This document shows, one piece after another, positions 36,707-46,935 of a DNA stretch of 64,000 nucleotides. The notes below the pieces were generated by a model that saw only the letters and a program-made list of their open reading frames with translations, was not told the origin of the DNA and did not search any database. The translations under genes and the position numbers were made by a program. Origin of the DNA: Candidatus Thorarchaeota archaeon (GTDB lineage Archaea; Asgardarchaeota; Thorarchaeia; Thorarchaeales; Thorarchaeaceae); contig JAWOEX010000019.1 in assembly GCA_046482545.1 (NCBI GenBank), positions 8,243 through 72,242 of the forward strand. Direction: 5' to 3'. Every line of letters starts with the position of its first letter. Positions within the stretch are counted from its first letter, which is position 1.

Positions 36707-38625
36707 TCGATTTCAAACTCAAGAAAAGGCTTGCCGAGCGCAATCCTTTCAATCATATTGTTCTTCTTCGCTGTGTTGACCACGTGTAGGAATGTGTTTT
36801 CTAGCCTCTCCATATCGAGGTATTCGGGATTCTTTATGCCCATACTCTTGGCTACCTTCTCGACCGCTTGTTCAAAATCGAAGATAATGTGGGGTTCCAT
36901 GCGTCCACCATGCCGCTCCACGGATTTCTTCTCTTTTCGCACAAATCCGTGTTTGATGACGCTACGGGTTTCGGTCAGGTAGTAGACGAGAGATTTTTCG
37001 TAATTGAGTTCTCCTCTTTTGATTAATTCACGTAGGAAGTTGAGGCCATGAGTTGTGCGTGCAACTTTTTCAATACGCGCAATGAGTCCGTTAATGATAT
37101 CGTCGTAGGAGACCCTCTCCGTTTTTCCTTTCGTTTCAATTACCTTTTCATCATCATCTGCCTTGGCAAGCTTCGCTTTCTTAGCGGCAATTTCTTGCTG
37201 TTTTTTCTTGCGTTGTTCTTCCAGCTCTTTCTGACGTTCCCGTTCTTTCCTCCTTTTCTCAGCTTCCTTTCGCTTGGCCTCTTCCCGTTTCTTCCGTTCC
37301 TGTTCCATCTTCGCAAGGATTTTTTTCCTTCTCTCTACGAGTTCCTTCATATGCCTCTCGACGTCTTTCTCGGTCAATGTCACGTGCTTCGTAAGGAGCC
37401 ATCTGACACCTATCTGATTGACCTTTGGTCTGAGGTCCGCCGAAGAGAAGACGAAATTTGCCGTCTGTTGTCCCGGTAGTGAATCTATGATTCTCTCAGC
37501 AGCTCGTTCTCCTGCAATAGGCTCAAGAATCCGTTCGAGGACTTTCAGAGACTGTTTGCTGCTGATTCTGCCCGAGGCGATGGTGTTGAATTGCTCAAAC
37601 GCCTTGTAATCGATGTCTTTGGGGCTTTGCGTAGCAATCAAACATTCTACCCCGTACTTCCTGGCTTGTCGGAAGAGTAGGAGAAATGTTTCTTTTGGCC
37701 CGGGTGATTTCATCCCTGCAGGAATGAATGGGGCCGCCTCGTCTTGGAAAAGAATCATTCTGGGATCCTCACTGTATCCTTGCCTTAGCATCCAAGAATA
37801 CAGTTGGTTTAACACGATAGAAATGAAGAAGTGTTTTTCCTCCTCGCTTCGTAGTGTCTTCAAGAAAAGAACATTGATTGGGGTCTTACCATCGACATCC
37901 TTGGTCATATAGTCAAAATCAATTTGACCTGCTTCTTTGAAGAGGAGTTGTGAAGAACCAACAGTCAAGCTTCTAATTGATGTAGCAAGCTTCTGTCGTT
38001 GTGAAGCTTTCATGTAAGGGTTCAAATCCACTCCTACCTCCTCTTTGTCCGCTTCAAGCATATCTGCCAATTCAGCTAGAGATCCAATCTCCTTTTCATC
38101 ATCCTCCCAAACTGCACGCAGAAGCTCGTATACAGCAGCGAATGACTTGGCTTCCCACGAGCTAGATAGCCCAGCAACCTTGGCTAGGACTTTGACAAGG
38201 GTTCTTGCTGAGTTGTCCAGCAATCTGATAACATCATCTTGATCTGCTTTCTTGTCAGGCAATTTTAGTGGATTGATAGATACCGGCAAACCCTTGCTGC
38301 TCGCGGGGGTAAAGACACGGACGATTACTTTTTCCATGTATTGTTCCAGTCGTTCTGGGGGCACTCCTTTCTCTTCAAGCTCCTCTGGATCACCCGGAAG
38401 CATCAAGGATGCTATATCCCCTTGAGGATCGAAAGCCAGCACAGGAATTCCTTCGAGTGCGGCTTCTTCTATTATGGCCTTGCTCAATACGGTCTTTCCA
38501 GAACCTGTGGACCCGAAAACTCCCCCATGTCTGCGTAGAAGATCGACGCTTATCTCAAATCTCCTATCGGTTTTCTGCCCTTCATCATCTAGGTACCTTC
38601 CTAGCCATAACTTGTCGTCTGTCAC
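36703..38625 (-). CDS. HerA/FtsK-like ATPase (DUF87/DUF853) with a charged coiled-coil and C-terminal domain
   Basis: RHGGVFGSTGSGKT, FDPQGD, FQDEA, RQARKYG, ATQSP. Confidence 0.88.
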   Translation of the reverse strand: MTDDKLWLGRYLDDEGQKTDRRFEISVDLLRRHGGVFGSTGSGKTVLSKAIIEEAALEGIPVLAFDPQGDIASLMLPGDPEELEEKGVPPERLEQYMEKVIVRVFTPASSKGLPVSINPLKLPDKKADQDDVIRLLDNSARTLVKVLAKVAGLSSSWEAKSFAAVYELLRAVWEDDEKEIGSLAELADMLEADKEEVGVDLNPYMKASQRQKLATSIRSLTVGSSQLLFKEAGQIDFDYMTKDVDGKTPINVLFLKTLRSEEEKHFFISIVLNQLYSWMLRQGYSEDPRMILFQDEAAPFIPAGMKSPGPKETFLLLFRQARKYGVECLIATQSPKDIDYKAFEQFNTIASGRISSKQSLKVLERILEPIAGERAAERIIDSLPGQQTANFVFSSADLRPKVNQIGVRWLLTKHVTLTEKDVERHMKELVERRKKILAKMEQERKKREEAKRKEAEKRRKERERQKELEEQRKKKQQEIAAKKAKLAKADDDEKVIETKGKTERVSYDDIINGLIARIEKVARTTHGLNFLRELIKRGELNYEKSLVYYLTETRSVIKHGFVRKEKKSVERHGGRMEPHIIFDFEQAVEKVAKSMGIKNPEYLDMERLENTFLHVVNTAKKNNMIERIALGKPFLEFEID

Positions 38626-38807
38626 TAGTTACACCACCTGCATAAACACAGAGGAGCTTGGGTCTTCACTGGTTGGGTGAAGTTCGGAAAAGGTGTTATG
38701 TATTTATCTCCTCTGTTATTTTCTGTAGACTCTCAAGTGCCTGAAGAATGATAGATACTTTCAAAGAAATCGAGAAGGGGGCTGCTAACCCCCGTATTCT
38801 TATGCTG

Positions 38808-39416
38808 TTATTCACCGACGGGTTCGTATCTTCTTCCAAGCGCGATACCCATTGTTAGGACAAGGCCCACTGCAAAGGCGCCTAGTGCAACTGCAGCCCA
38901 CTCGTAGCTGCCTACTGAAATCCTAATCCAGTCCAAACCTACCATGAGGCCTGCCATTAGTGAACCAAGTAACAATGAAACGAGCATGAATCGCGAAGTC
39001 ATCTCCTTTACTTGACTGATATCTGCTCCTTCAGTGATTGTAGTGCTGAAGTAGCTGAAAATGAATAGGAACACGTATGCAATGACTATCATCGATGCCA
39101 TCTCGAAAACCGTATCTTGAACGGCAGTGTTGAATATACCGTAGATCAAAATTGTCGCGATTGCCATCAGGAACACGAATATGTTACTCATGAGCTTGTC
39201 TTCTGGATGCACAAAACCAGTTAGCTCAGTGAATGTGCTTATGAGCGAGAACACAACCACCAGAATCATGAGGGCCGCACCGACTACCCACGTGATAAAA
39301 GGCGTATTCTCCTGTGCGGGTACACCTTGAAGCAGGTATTTCAGGATTACAGAGAATCCTAAGATTGTAAGCCCGATTCCAGCGATTATATTGCTAAGCG
39401 TTGTCAATCTCACCAT
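38808..39416 (-). CDS. Hypothetical 6-TM membrane protein
   Basis: Six hydrophobic segments; GGGGAG RBS. Confidence 0.78.
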   Translation of the reverse strand: MVRLTTLSNIIAGIGLTILGFSVILKYLLQGVPAQENTPFITWVVGAALMILVVVFSLISTFTELTGFVHPEDKLMSNIFVFLMAIATILIYGIFNTAVQDTVFEMASMIVIAYVFLFIFSYFSTTITEGADISQVKEMTSRFMLVSLLLGSLMAGLMVGLDWIRISVGSYEWAAVALGAFAVGLVLTMGIALGRRYEPVGE

Positions 39417-39529
39417 TATTAATCTCCCCTAACGGAGTTATTGTGTGAGTTTCGCAAGGCCGTTATTAACCTTTGCTGAGCACCCAATCACGGCAATTCG
39501 GTCTTTTCTTCATAGATTTCAGGCAGGAA

Positions 39530-41292
39530 ATAGGTTCCAATAATGGCAACTGCTATCATTATGGCTATCACAACTGTAAGTCCCGGGAGATTATAGGGGG
39601 AAAGGCAAAACCCCCAACTGCTGGTCCAATTAGCATACCAGAGCCGAAGAAAATGCTATGCACTCCCATGGTAGCACCCCGTGTTTCTTCCTCAGACACA
39701 TCGGTAAGATAAGCCATGGATGCTGGTGGTATATACCAGCGAGATATCCAAGAGCTGGTAGAAGCGGCCATTTCGACCAAAGTGCGCTGATATTATCAGA
39801 ATTTGCTAGCAGCAGATATGCAAGCACACCAAAACCCAAGAGACCGCTAATAATGAATGGCCGACGTTTTTTCAAGCAATCGGATAGATACCCATGGCGA
39901 TGATGCCCAGAAGCAAGGCTCTTCTAAGCATTCCGAACAGAATTATGAACTCGATGGCTGTGATGTAGAATTCGCTTTCGATAATACGCTGAGCATATCC
40001 AATGAGAAGACCGTACATTGAAATGATTGGCACGTAGAATAGTATCATCTTCTGAATTCTGCGGTCACTAGCTACTTCTTTTACAAGATCTGAAACACTC
40101 ATTTGGACTTGAATATCCGTTCGGGTTTCCGAAAACCCGATATTTGCTATGAGTCCGCTAATAAGACAGGCTTAACCTGTAATTCCCAGAATGAGAACCG
40201 GCATGAAACCAAACTCCAGCAGAATGGCTCCCATTCCATAACCACTGATGAGCCCCATCAGTGTTGAAAGATTGTAATAGCTCATGAGATTTGCCCCATT
40301 GTCCTTCGCTGACATGTCTCGTATCATAGATAGGGCTGTTGACCCCTCCCAAGCGGCTCCTAAACCAAAGATGACTGATGCAATCAAAAGAATTGGGACG
40401 TTCGGAGTAAAAGCAAAGCTAAGTGCAGCAAATCCCGTTATGAAGAGGCTTGTAATCAGAATGGGGTTTCTTCCGATTTTGTCACTATATGATCCGAAGA
40501 ATGAGACTGACGTCAATTCTGCTACGGGATAGACTAGCATTACTGCTGCTATCTCCAGCACATGTGTTCCTCCACCCATGTATGAAGAACTCTGGAGTGC
40601 TCGGAATTTTACAAAATCCTAAATAAATCGGCACATAGAAGTGTAAGATTTCTGTAAGATGTGACGTGAACCGATGGACCCGTCCAAAACGGTGTGTTTA
40701 CCTTCTCTCTTCTCGAGCACTAGGGGGCTCTATTCCCTGCAGTACGAAACAACTCTACAGTAGGACTAGGCAAGTGGGCTAGTGCTCTGTCACGAAGCAC
40801 GCGGCCGAAACCCTAAGAGAAGACTCTGCTTCTCGACGGAAGTCCTCACTCTCCATACAGGACCTTCATTCAAGGTCCGGAGAGTCCGCGGCTGTTCACC
40901 ATGTCCAGACGGACCTCCTCAGCGGCGGCGACAAAGCTGAGTCGGGTGATCATGACCACGCCGTGGCAAGCACTGTGGAAGACCTCGCTGTTGCCGGGAG
41001 TGATGACCCGGGATGACGACAGGAGAAGGAAGCCAGGACCGCGGGAGGAATCCCATTCCGGTGAACCCGGACGAAGCCCGTGCTGACTCAAGGGTCTACG
41101 GGTATCTTGGGGGCGGCGGCGCTGGCAGGGGAAGGGTGGAACACAGAAATTTCATGCAGTGTACGCAACTGTAAGAAACAGGTAATGTGAATTACTGCGA
41201 TACTGATGTAGAAGGATGCCCGTACTATGATAGTGAATGTGTAAAGTGCAATGAGATTCAGGGTATGTTCTGAGGATTTAAGGCCTCTTCAT
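39530..41292 (-). pseudogene. MFS transporter pseudogene, frameshifted and split by element copy 3
   Basis: Fragments in different frames: TM1 LNLIALYTFTIIVRASFYISIAVI (about 41190-41260, GGAG RBS and ATG 41292), GSYSDKIGR motif A (40172-40579), SDCLKKRRPF, AYLTDVSEEETRGATMG. The 3' end is approximate. Confidence 0.85.
40595..41187 (+). mobile_element. Copy 3 (full length, ~593 bp) of the structured-RNA element, inserted in the MFS gene
   Basis: Colinear with copy 2; removing 40593-41187 restores the in-frame ...YISIAVIQSSSYMGGGTH...; flanks TCTGGA / TGTGAA. Confidence 0.87.
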
Positions 41293-41359
41293 TTAATCTC
41301 CTGTTTCTGCTCGTGTGAATCACTCTCTTTTTATAAGCTCTGGTTAGACTACGCTTACC

Positions 41360-41722
41360 ATGTCCACTGAGAAACCATCATCGGCTACGGGATCTCGGGA
41401 GTATGTCTATCTGACCCTGTACCGACTGAAAGATCTCACAGACAAAGAGAAGAGAGACTGGTTTGAGAAGTGGTCTGAAATCCGGAATTCTTTGCCTGAA
41501 GGAATCCGTATTGTCACAGAGGCGGGGAATGCTTTCGGTACTGATTTCACAGGCTTCACCGTTTTTGAAGGCCCATTTGAAGCATTTGGCCAGCTCATGT
41601 CTACCTTAGAAAGGCATGCAGGAGCGCTTGTTGAGAAAACATATACTATAATCGGTACCAAGGGCCTATTTGATCCCTATTATGGTATCAAGCAAATAAT
41701 GGAGAAAAGACCAATTGACTGA
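41360..41722 (+). CDS. Hypothetical protein (possible dimeric alpha-beta barrel fold)
   Basis: 120 aa ORF with plausible composition. Confidence 0.65.
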   Translation: MSTEKPSSATGSREYVYLTLYRLKDLTDKEKRDWFEKWSEIRNSLPEGIRIVTEAGNAFGTDFTGFTVFEGPFEAFGQLMSTLERHAGALVEKTYTIIGTKGLFDPYYGIKQIMEKRPID

Positions 41723-41809
41723 ACATTGTATCTCTTCTATCATTGCCGCAGTGCCCCCCTTTTTAGAGGGTTAATCTGCGAGAACACATAGGAATATACG
41801 CGCCGAGGG

Positions 41810-43579
41810 ATGCATTTGTCGTACCGTATATCGAAAAAGACTGTCATCGTTTTGACAATCGCCCTTGTTGCTGGCGTTGTGAGTTATCATATTGCTCCCA
41901 CTGACATACGCCCCGGCAATTACCAAGCTACTCTGACTATAGATTCGCCCGAAATCTCTCTTGAACACTCAATACCTATTGAAGTAGTTGAGAGTGGTGA
42001 GATTGAACAAAGCACAGTGTTCCTGATAGGGGATTCAACAAATGTGAGTATGACCGCCAGAACGGTTTTGCCAATCAACACGGATACGCCGTTCCGTTTT
42101 GTGGTTCAGTACGCAGGGGAGCCTTTGAAAGCAAGTGAAATCTTAGTTAGGATAACCAACAATGCAGGGTATAATCAAACGGTGAGACCAACACTACAAC
42201 GTGATAACGAATTCATCATTGAGCATCAACCTCTCGTTCATTCAAAAGCCGCTGTTGCAATACTTACTGTCGTAGGGATATTGTGGTTTACTGAAGGTAT
42301 TAGTCTCGTTGCTACTTCAATAATGATTCCAGTCATGGTTATCCTAGCCAACATCAGAACCCCTACAGAAGCACTGAATCCGTTTTTTGACCCTTCTGTG
42401 GCACTAATCCTTGGTGGATTCTTGATCGGGCGTGCACTTAGCAAATACGAATTAGACAAACGTCTTGCCTTAATGATCCTTTCTCGAAGTGCAGGCAGTG
42501 GCTCAAGTCTCGTACTGACTGTTATGGGTGTTAGTGCGTTCCTTTCTATGTGGATTAGCAATACTGCTTCTGCTGCAATCATGATTCCGATTGCGATTGC
42601 AATTATATCCAAAATTGAGAGCAAGGAAACCAGAAACATGTATGGAAAAGTACTGGTTTTGGCCGTAGCATATTCCGCCACGGTGGGTGGAGTAGGAACT
42701 CTTGTAGGCTCTCCTCCGAATCCACTTGCAGCAAAATATATCAACTCATTTCTTGGCATGGAATTCAGTTTCATTGACTGGATTCCTTACGGGCTACCAG
42801 TTGTTATTATCATGCTTCCAATCATCTGGCAATGGTTGATGTTTCGTTTCGACTTGCCAAAAGACATCGAAGAGATTCAGAACTTGAAGACGGTTTCTAA
42901 GGAAGAATACCTTCGACTAGGATCGATGTCTACACAACAGAAGCTTGTTGTAGCGGTTTTCTCGGGCGTAGTTGTTTTCTGGCTTACAGAACAGATTCCT
43001 GATGTGCTTGCTAATGCGATAGGTTGGTCAGGCCACGGAATATCGAGTTCGGTTACTGCCTTGGGCGGCGGCCTATTGCTACTGATTCTTGGTCTCTTGG
43101 ATGAGAAAGATGTCTCCCACGAGATTAGCTGGTCGTCTCTTTTGATTCTGGGAAGTGGTATTGTACTTGGTGGTGCTATGATTGATACTGGTCTTTCAAC
43201 CTACATCGCAACGCAGATGGATGCACTGGGAGCTTTGCCTCAATTGCTCGTGATTATCATAATAGGTGCCGTAGCCATTATCATCACCATGATTGCCTCC
43301 AATACGGGTTCTGCAGTTATTCTAATACCTATTGCAATACCCTTGGCCACAGGACTTGAGATTGACCCATTACTGATTACGATGGTAATCGCTATAGCCG
43401 TATCAATGGACTTCGCTCTACCTACAGGCACACCTCCGTCGACGATAGCTTACAGTACAGGGAAAGTAGAAATGCGAGAAATGGTGACAACCGGTGTCAT
43501 TGTTGACCTGATTGCTTTGCTCATAGTTACCGTTGTAGTTGTCTATTTGTGGTCACTGGTAGGGTTAGTGGTATTATGA
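41810..43579 (+). CDS. SLC13/DASS anion:sodium symporter with an extracellular N-terminal domain
   Basis: SMWISNTA, GTLVGSPPN, ASNTG, FALPTGTPP. Confidence 0.92.
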   Translation: MHLSYRISKKTVIVLTIALVAGVVSYHIAPTDIRPGNYQATLTIDSPEISLEHSIPIEVVESGEIEQSTVFLIGDSTNVSMTARTVLPINTDTPFRFVVQYAGEPLKASEILVRITNNAGYNQTVRPTLQRDNEFIIEHQPLVHSKAAVAILTVVGILWFTEGISLVATSIMIPVMVILANIRTPTEALNPFFDPSVALILGGFLIGRALSKYELDKRLALMILSRSAGSGSSLVLTVMGVSAFLSMWISNTASAAIMIPIAIAIISKIESKETRNMYGKVLVLAVAYSATVGGVGTLVGSPPNPLAAKYINSFLGMEFSFIDWIPYGLPVVIIMLPIIWQWLMFRFDLPKDIEEIQNLKTVSKEEYLRLGSMSTQQKLVVAVFSGVVVFWLTEQIPDVLANAIGWSGHGISSSVTALGGGLLLLILGLLDEKDVSHEISWSSLLILGSGIVLGGAMIDTGLSTYIATQMDALGALPQLLVIIIIGAVAIIITMIASNTGSAVILIPIAIPLATGLEIDPLLITMVIAIAVSMDFALPTGTPPSTIAYSTGKVEMREMVTTGVIVDLIALLIVTVVVVYLWSLVGLVVL

Positions 43580-43630
43580 CATCGCATCAGTTTTAAAGCA
43601 TAGTTTCACCAGAATTGAAATAGGTGACAA

Positions 43631-44392
43631 ATGATGAACTGGATTACCAAGATGGTGAAAGGCAACCCAGATGAATTTGCCCATGCGCAGTTGGTTAAGT
43701 ACGGACTAGGGACTCACCCCGGCCCGAGAGCTGAACTCCGCTTTACCAGCAAGAAAATATGGTTCAAGGGTGATTTGGGCACGGAGAAGATATTTCTGAG
43801 AGCCTATCTGAAAGGTGTACCAGAGGGTAGTCAGAAGGTCAATGGCTATATTGTCACCTATGAGAACAGACAAGAAGATTTTGACCGGATAACTGCTCCA
43901 CTCATTTTTAAGGAGAAGTCAGGCAAGACTGCAACCACTTACAAGGCTCCATTCAAAGAGGTTGTTCCTTTATCTCATCTGAAGGAGCTTATGGAGGTAG
44001 ATGGTCCAACGACGTTCTTTATGCTTTCTATTAAACCCAAGAGCGGCGAGAAAGCTTGGAAGATCGACATTAAGAAACGGTTCCCTAAAGGAAGGAAGCG
44101 TACCGATGATGAGAAAGCTCCAAATTTTGTGAAAGGAAGTCTAAAGCACCTCCCTGAGCTTCGTGAACATCTGATTGAACAGCTATTTCCTGAGATGAAG
44201 GATGAAATTCCTGAAGATGTTGGGAAAATCGAGCTTGACACGGACCTAGTTATTGAAGACATAGAAATTCCCAAGGATCCAGATATGTCCTTTGCAGAAA
44301 AACGGAAGACTGCAAAGAAGTCTGGGAAACTTGTCAGGATCGTAACGATTGATGGTGAAGATCACGAGTTCGAGACTGAATTCTACGTCTAG
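43631..44392 (+). CDS. Hypothetical protein
   Basis: 253 aa ORF, AGGTGA RBS. Confidence 0.75.
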   Translation: MMNWITKMVKGNPDEFAHAQLVKYGLGTHPGPRAELRFTSKKIWFKGDLGTEKIFLRAYLKGVPEGSQKVNGYIVTYENRQEDFDRITAPLIFKEKSGKTATTYKAPFKEVVPLSHLKELMEVDGPTTFFMLSIKPKSGEKAWKIDIKKRFPKGRKRTDDEKAPNFVKGSLKHLPELREHLIEQLFPEMKDEIPEDVGKIELDTDLVIEDIEIPKDPDMSFAEKRKTAKKSGKLVRIVTIDGEDHEFETEFYV

Positions 44393-44463
44393 TCTTCAAC
44401 CGTGATGTTTAAATTCGCCTTACCGTGGAAGTGCATCAGAAAACAGCGAGGAAGCCAAAAGAA

Positions 44464-44688
44464 ATGCAGGAATGGTTTGACTGGATTGAACAGATTACCT
44501 TAGAGGGGTCATTCATCTACATATCGATATTGTTCTTTGTGATGGGATTATTTGCTTTCGGATGGCTCGCTGTACACGTAGAGCATGGTCGACACTTCTC
44601 GAACTCTAGGGTGTTCTTTGCTACTGTTTTAGGTTCGCTTCTTCTTGGTTTCGCATTTCATTTTCTCTTGTTAGCCTATGGAATGTAG
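44464..44688 (+). CDS. OST5/TMEM258-like two-TM oligosaccharyltransferase subunit
   Basis: MGLFAFGWLAV...LGSLLLGFAFHFLLLAYG parallels the TMEM258 pattern IGMFFTAWFFV...VASLFMGFGVLFLLLWVG (recalled, not searched). Confidence 0.65.
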   Translation: MQEWFDWIEQITLEGSFIYISILFFVMGLFAFGWLAVHVEHGRHFSNSRVFFATVLGSLLLGFAFHFLLLAYGM

Positions 44689-44895
44689 GTGGGCAGTCTG
44701 CCCATACTGGCTAGGAATCCATCATTTCGTTGAATATCGAAGAACCATTCGTTATTTCGTTAATTCTGAGTGATTTCGCCACACTATGAACGCACAACAT
44801 CTATTTATCAAATAAGGAAGACGAGAGATGTCTTGGTTCCGATACCTCATGCTAGATGCCAAACAGGGGTCCTACAGTTGCTAATTGATTCCGAG

Positions 44896-46059
44896 ATGGA
44901 GAAGGTTGCTCTTAAAAGCCGCAAGAGGCTGATCGACGAATTTCGGGAACGGTATACAACCCTTCAGAGAAATGTTGATAGAGTTCCAATGGACCGAGCT
45001 CGTCAGATTGCAGATGAGATGAATTGCCCGCTCCAAATTGCTATGGTTGCACTTTATCTCCATATGGAAGGAATCGTGTCGTGTAAGGAAGCTATTAGAT
45101 TATTGAGCAACGAACTCAGTAGAAGAGCTGAGGTTGGCACTGAGGTTCCCAATCTACCTGGTAACGTGATGGACTTTGCCCTCTCTGAGGGACGCTGGAT
45201 TCAACACATATATGACACATTCAATAATGAGATGGAGCGAAAAGTCCGGCAGATGGTCAACCTGGAGAATACACTGGAAGATGAATCTTTGACCGTGGAG
45301 AAAGTAATTTCGGTTCTGAAACGGAGGGCGGAAATAGCGGAAGCTTACGCCACACCTGTACTTGAGACATGGATTCAGGAGCATCCGCAATCGAACGCTT
45401 ATGATGCGCTTATGGCTTTTGCTCCCGCAATCACGAAGTGGAAGCCAGCTACTATTGAAGGCAAGCTGAAATTCAAGCGTAGACAGACCCAAGCATTCTT
45501 CAGAAAACTCCATCATGCTCTTGCGCCGATTTCAGATTCAGCTACGATTGATATATCGGTTGATAAGATTCTAGAGCTGATAGAGAGTCTTGAGGTCGAT
45601 TTTCGAGAAATGCAAGTTGTAGCTACTTGTCACTTGCTTTTGCATATGGCTCCACGTCCATCAACCCGTGGGGATCGTTCTAGCTATATTTCTAGAGGAA
45701 CGTCCAGCACTAGAGGTGGGAAAAGCGAACCGGACATGGAAGGGCCCGTAGACTATCTTGAGCGTGATGTGAGACTTGCTAAGAGGCGCCCTTCTGATGA
45801 ACGGAAGGAATACCTAGAGGAAAAAATTGACAGGGTCCTTCGTGTACTAACGCATCTTGGGAAATCGTCCTTCGGGGCTCTCAATGATTGTCTAATTGAA
45901 TTGAACAGTAGACTGAATATCGATATGAATTTGGAACCCCTTCTCGATACTGCTAAAGAGAAATTGAATGGCGTATCTGGTGACCAACAGGAGGCAATTG
46001 CCGTTGAAACCGTGTTTAGATTTCTAGATGCCAATTTTTTGGGTGGAGATGAAAATTGA
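44896..46059 (+). CDS. Hypothetical helical protein
   Basis: Long ORF; start uncertain (44770 or 44896). Confidence 0.72.
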   Translation: MEKVALKSRKRLIDEFRERYTTLQRNVDRVPMDRARQIADEMNCPLQIAMVALYLHMEGIVSCKEAIRLLSNELSRRAEVGTEVPNLPGNVMDFALSEGRWIQHIYDTFNNEMERKVRQMVNLENTLEDESLTVEKVISVLKRRAEIAEAYATPVLETWIQEHPQSNAYDALMAFAPAITKWKPATIEGKLKFKRRQTQAFFRKLHHALAPISDSATIDISVDKILELIESLEVDFREMQVVATCHLLLHMAPRPSTRGDRSSYISRGTSSTRGGKSEPDMEGPVDYLERDVRLAKRRPSDERKEYLEEKIDRVLRVLTHLGKSSFGALNDCLIELNSRLNIDMNLEPLLDTAKEKLNGVSGDQQEAIAVETVFRFLDANFLGGDEN

Positions 46060-46826
46060 AAACTCCGACCCCTATGTACTGGCTGTTAGATGTGGAAGCC
46101 TACGATTTTGATATAGGCGTTTTTGATGGGTGTAAGATGAATGGCAAGGCTCTCATTGTATCTCGCCAGCTTTGGTCTATCATACGTGGAGAGGAGGTTT
46201 TCTCTGCACTTATTGGACCCGGCATATTCAAGGGGCAGGGTGTTGAAGGCAGGCGAACTGCAGAAATCCTTGAACCCCTTAGTGCTCTGATTTTTAATCC
46301 GTCTGAGCTTCGTCCTGACAAGCCAGTTCCTTTGGTTGACATAATCACCCCTGAAGTAATCGATCCTTTGGCCCAGTCGGAGAGCGAAGAAATCATGGCT
46401 ATGATTAAGTCCCTGCTTGTTGAGAAAGGAAACATTCTACCTGTTGGAGCCATAGCAACTGTACGGACGCAAAGCAACATCCCTACAACTGTGCACTGGG
46501 ATGAAGAGGTGAAGAAAATATCTATCACACACGTATCTGGAACAACACGTGCACGTTTCATACTCGGAGGCACTAATTCTCCTCTTTATAGACCATTTTC
46601 AGAGAGCTTTCGGAATCTACGGTTTAGCGATCCTGACAACTCTAGGATTCTTTCTACCACTTCTGGACAGTTTCTGGAATTTGAGAGAAATGATTTCCTA
46701 GATACATGGATAATTGTCGAAAAAGCTGACGAGGGCTCTGGCAGTGGATATGAGGACGTACGAGAGGAGTATCTAAAGGTATACACAGAAATGGTAAAGC
46801 ATGAAGAATCGTTCATTCTCGAATAG
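46056..46826 (+). CDS. Hypothetical protein
   Basis: 256 aa ORF overlapping the upstream stop by 4 bp. Confidence 0.7.
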   Translation: MKTPTPMYWLLDVEAYDFDIGVFDGCKMNGKALIVSRQLWSIIRGEEVFSALIGPGIFKGQGVEGRRTAEILEPLSALIFNPSELRPDKPVPLVDIITPEVIDPLAQSESEEIMAMIKSLLVEKGNILPVGAIATVRTQSNIPTTVHWDEEVKKISITHVSGTTRARFILGGTNSPLYRPFSESFRNLRFSDPDNSRILSTTSGQFLEFERNDFLDTWIIVEKADEGSGSGYEDVREEYLKVYTEMVKHEESFILE

Positions 46827-46935
46827 CGACTAAACCACAAGAGTCTTTTCTGCAGCTCTCAGGTCTTCGTGTGAGGCACCTGTTCTGGAAGTTGCTGCTG
46901 CTGATATTCGCAATAGGCTCAAGAAGTCATATGCA

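Noticed and set aside
38018-38034. GGTTCAAATCC, tRNA T-loop-like
   Set aside because: It lies inside the HerA-like CDS and has no cloverleaf context.
40714-40723. CGAGCACT is complementary to copy 3's own left end (donor-guide-like)
   Set aside because: Equally explained by pairing of GAGCACTAG with the internal CTAGTGCTC (40779-40787), and not clearly reproduced in the other copies.
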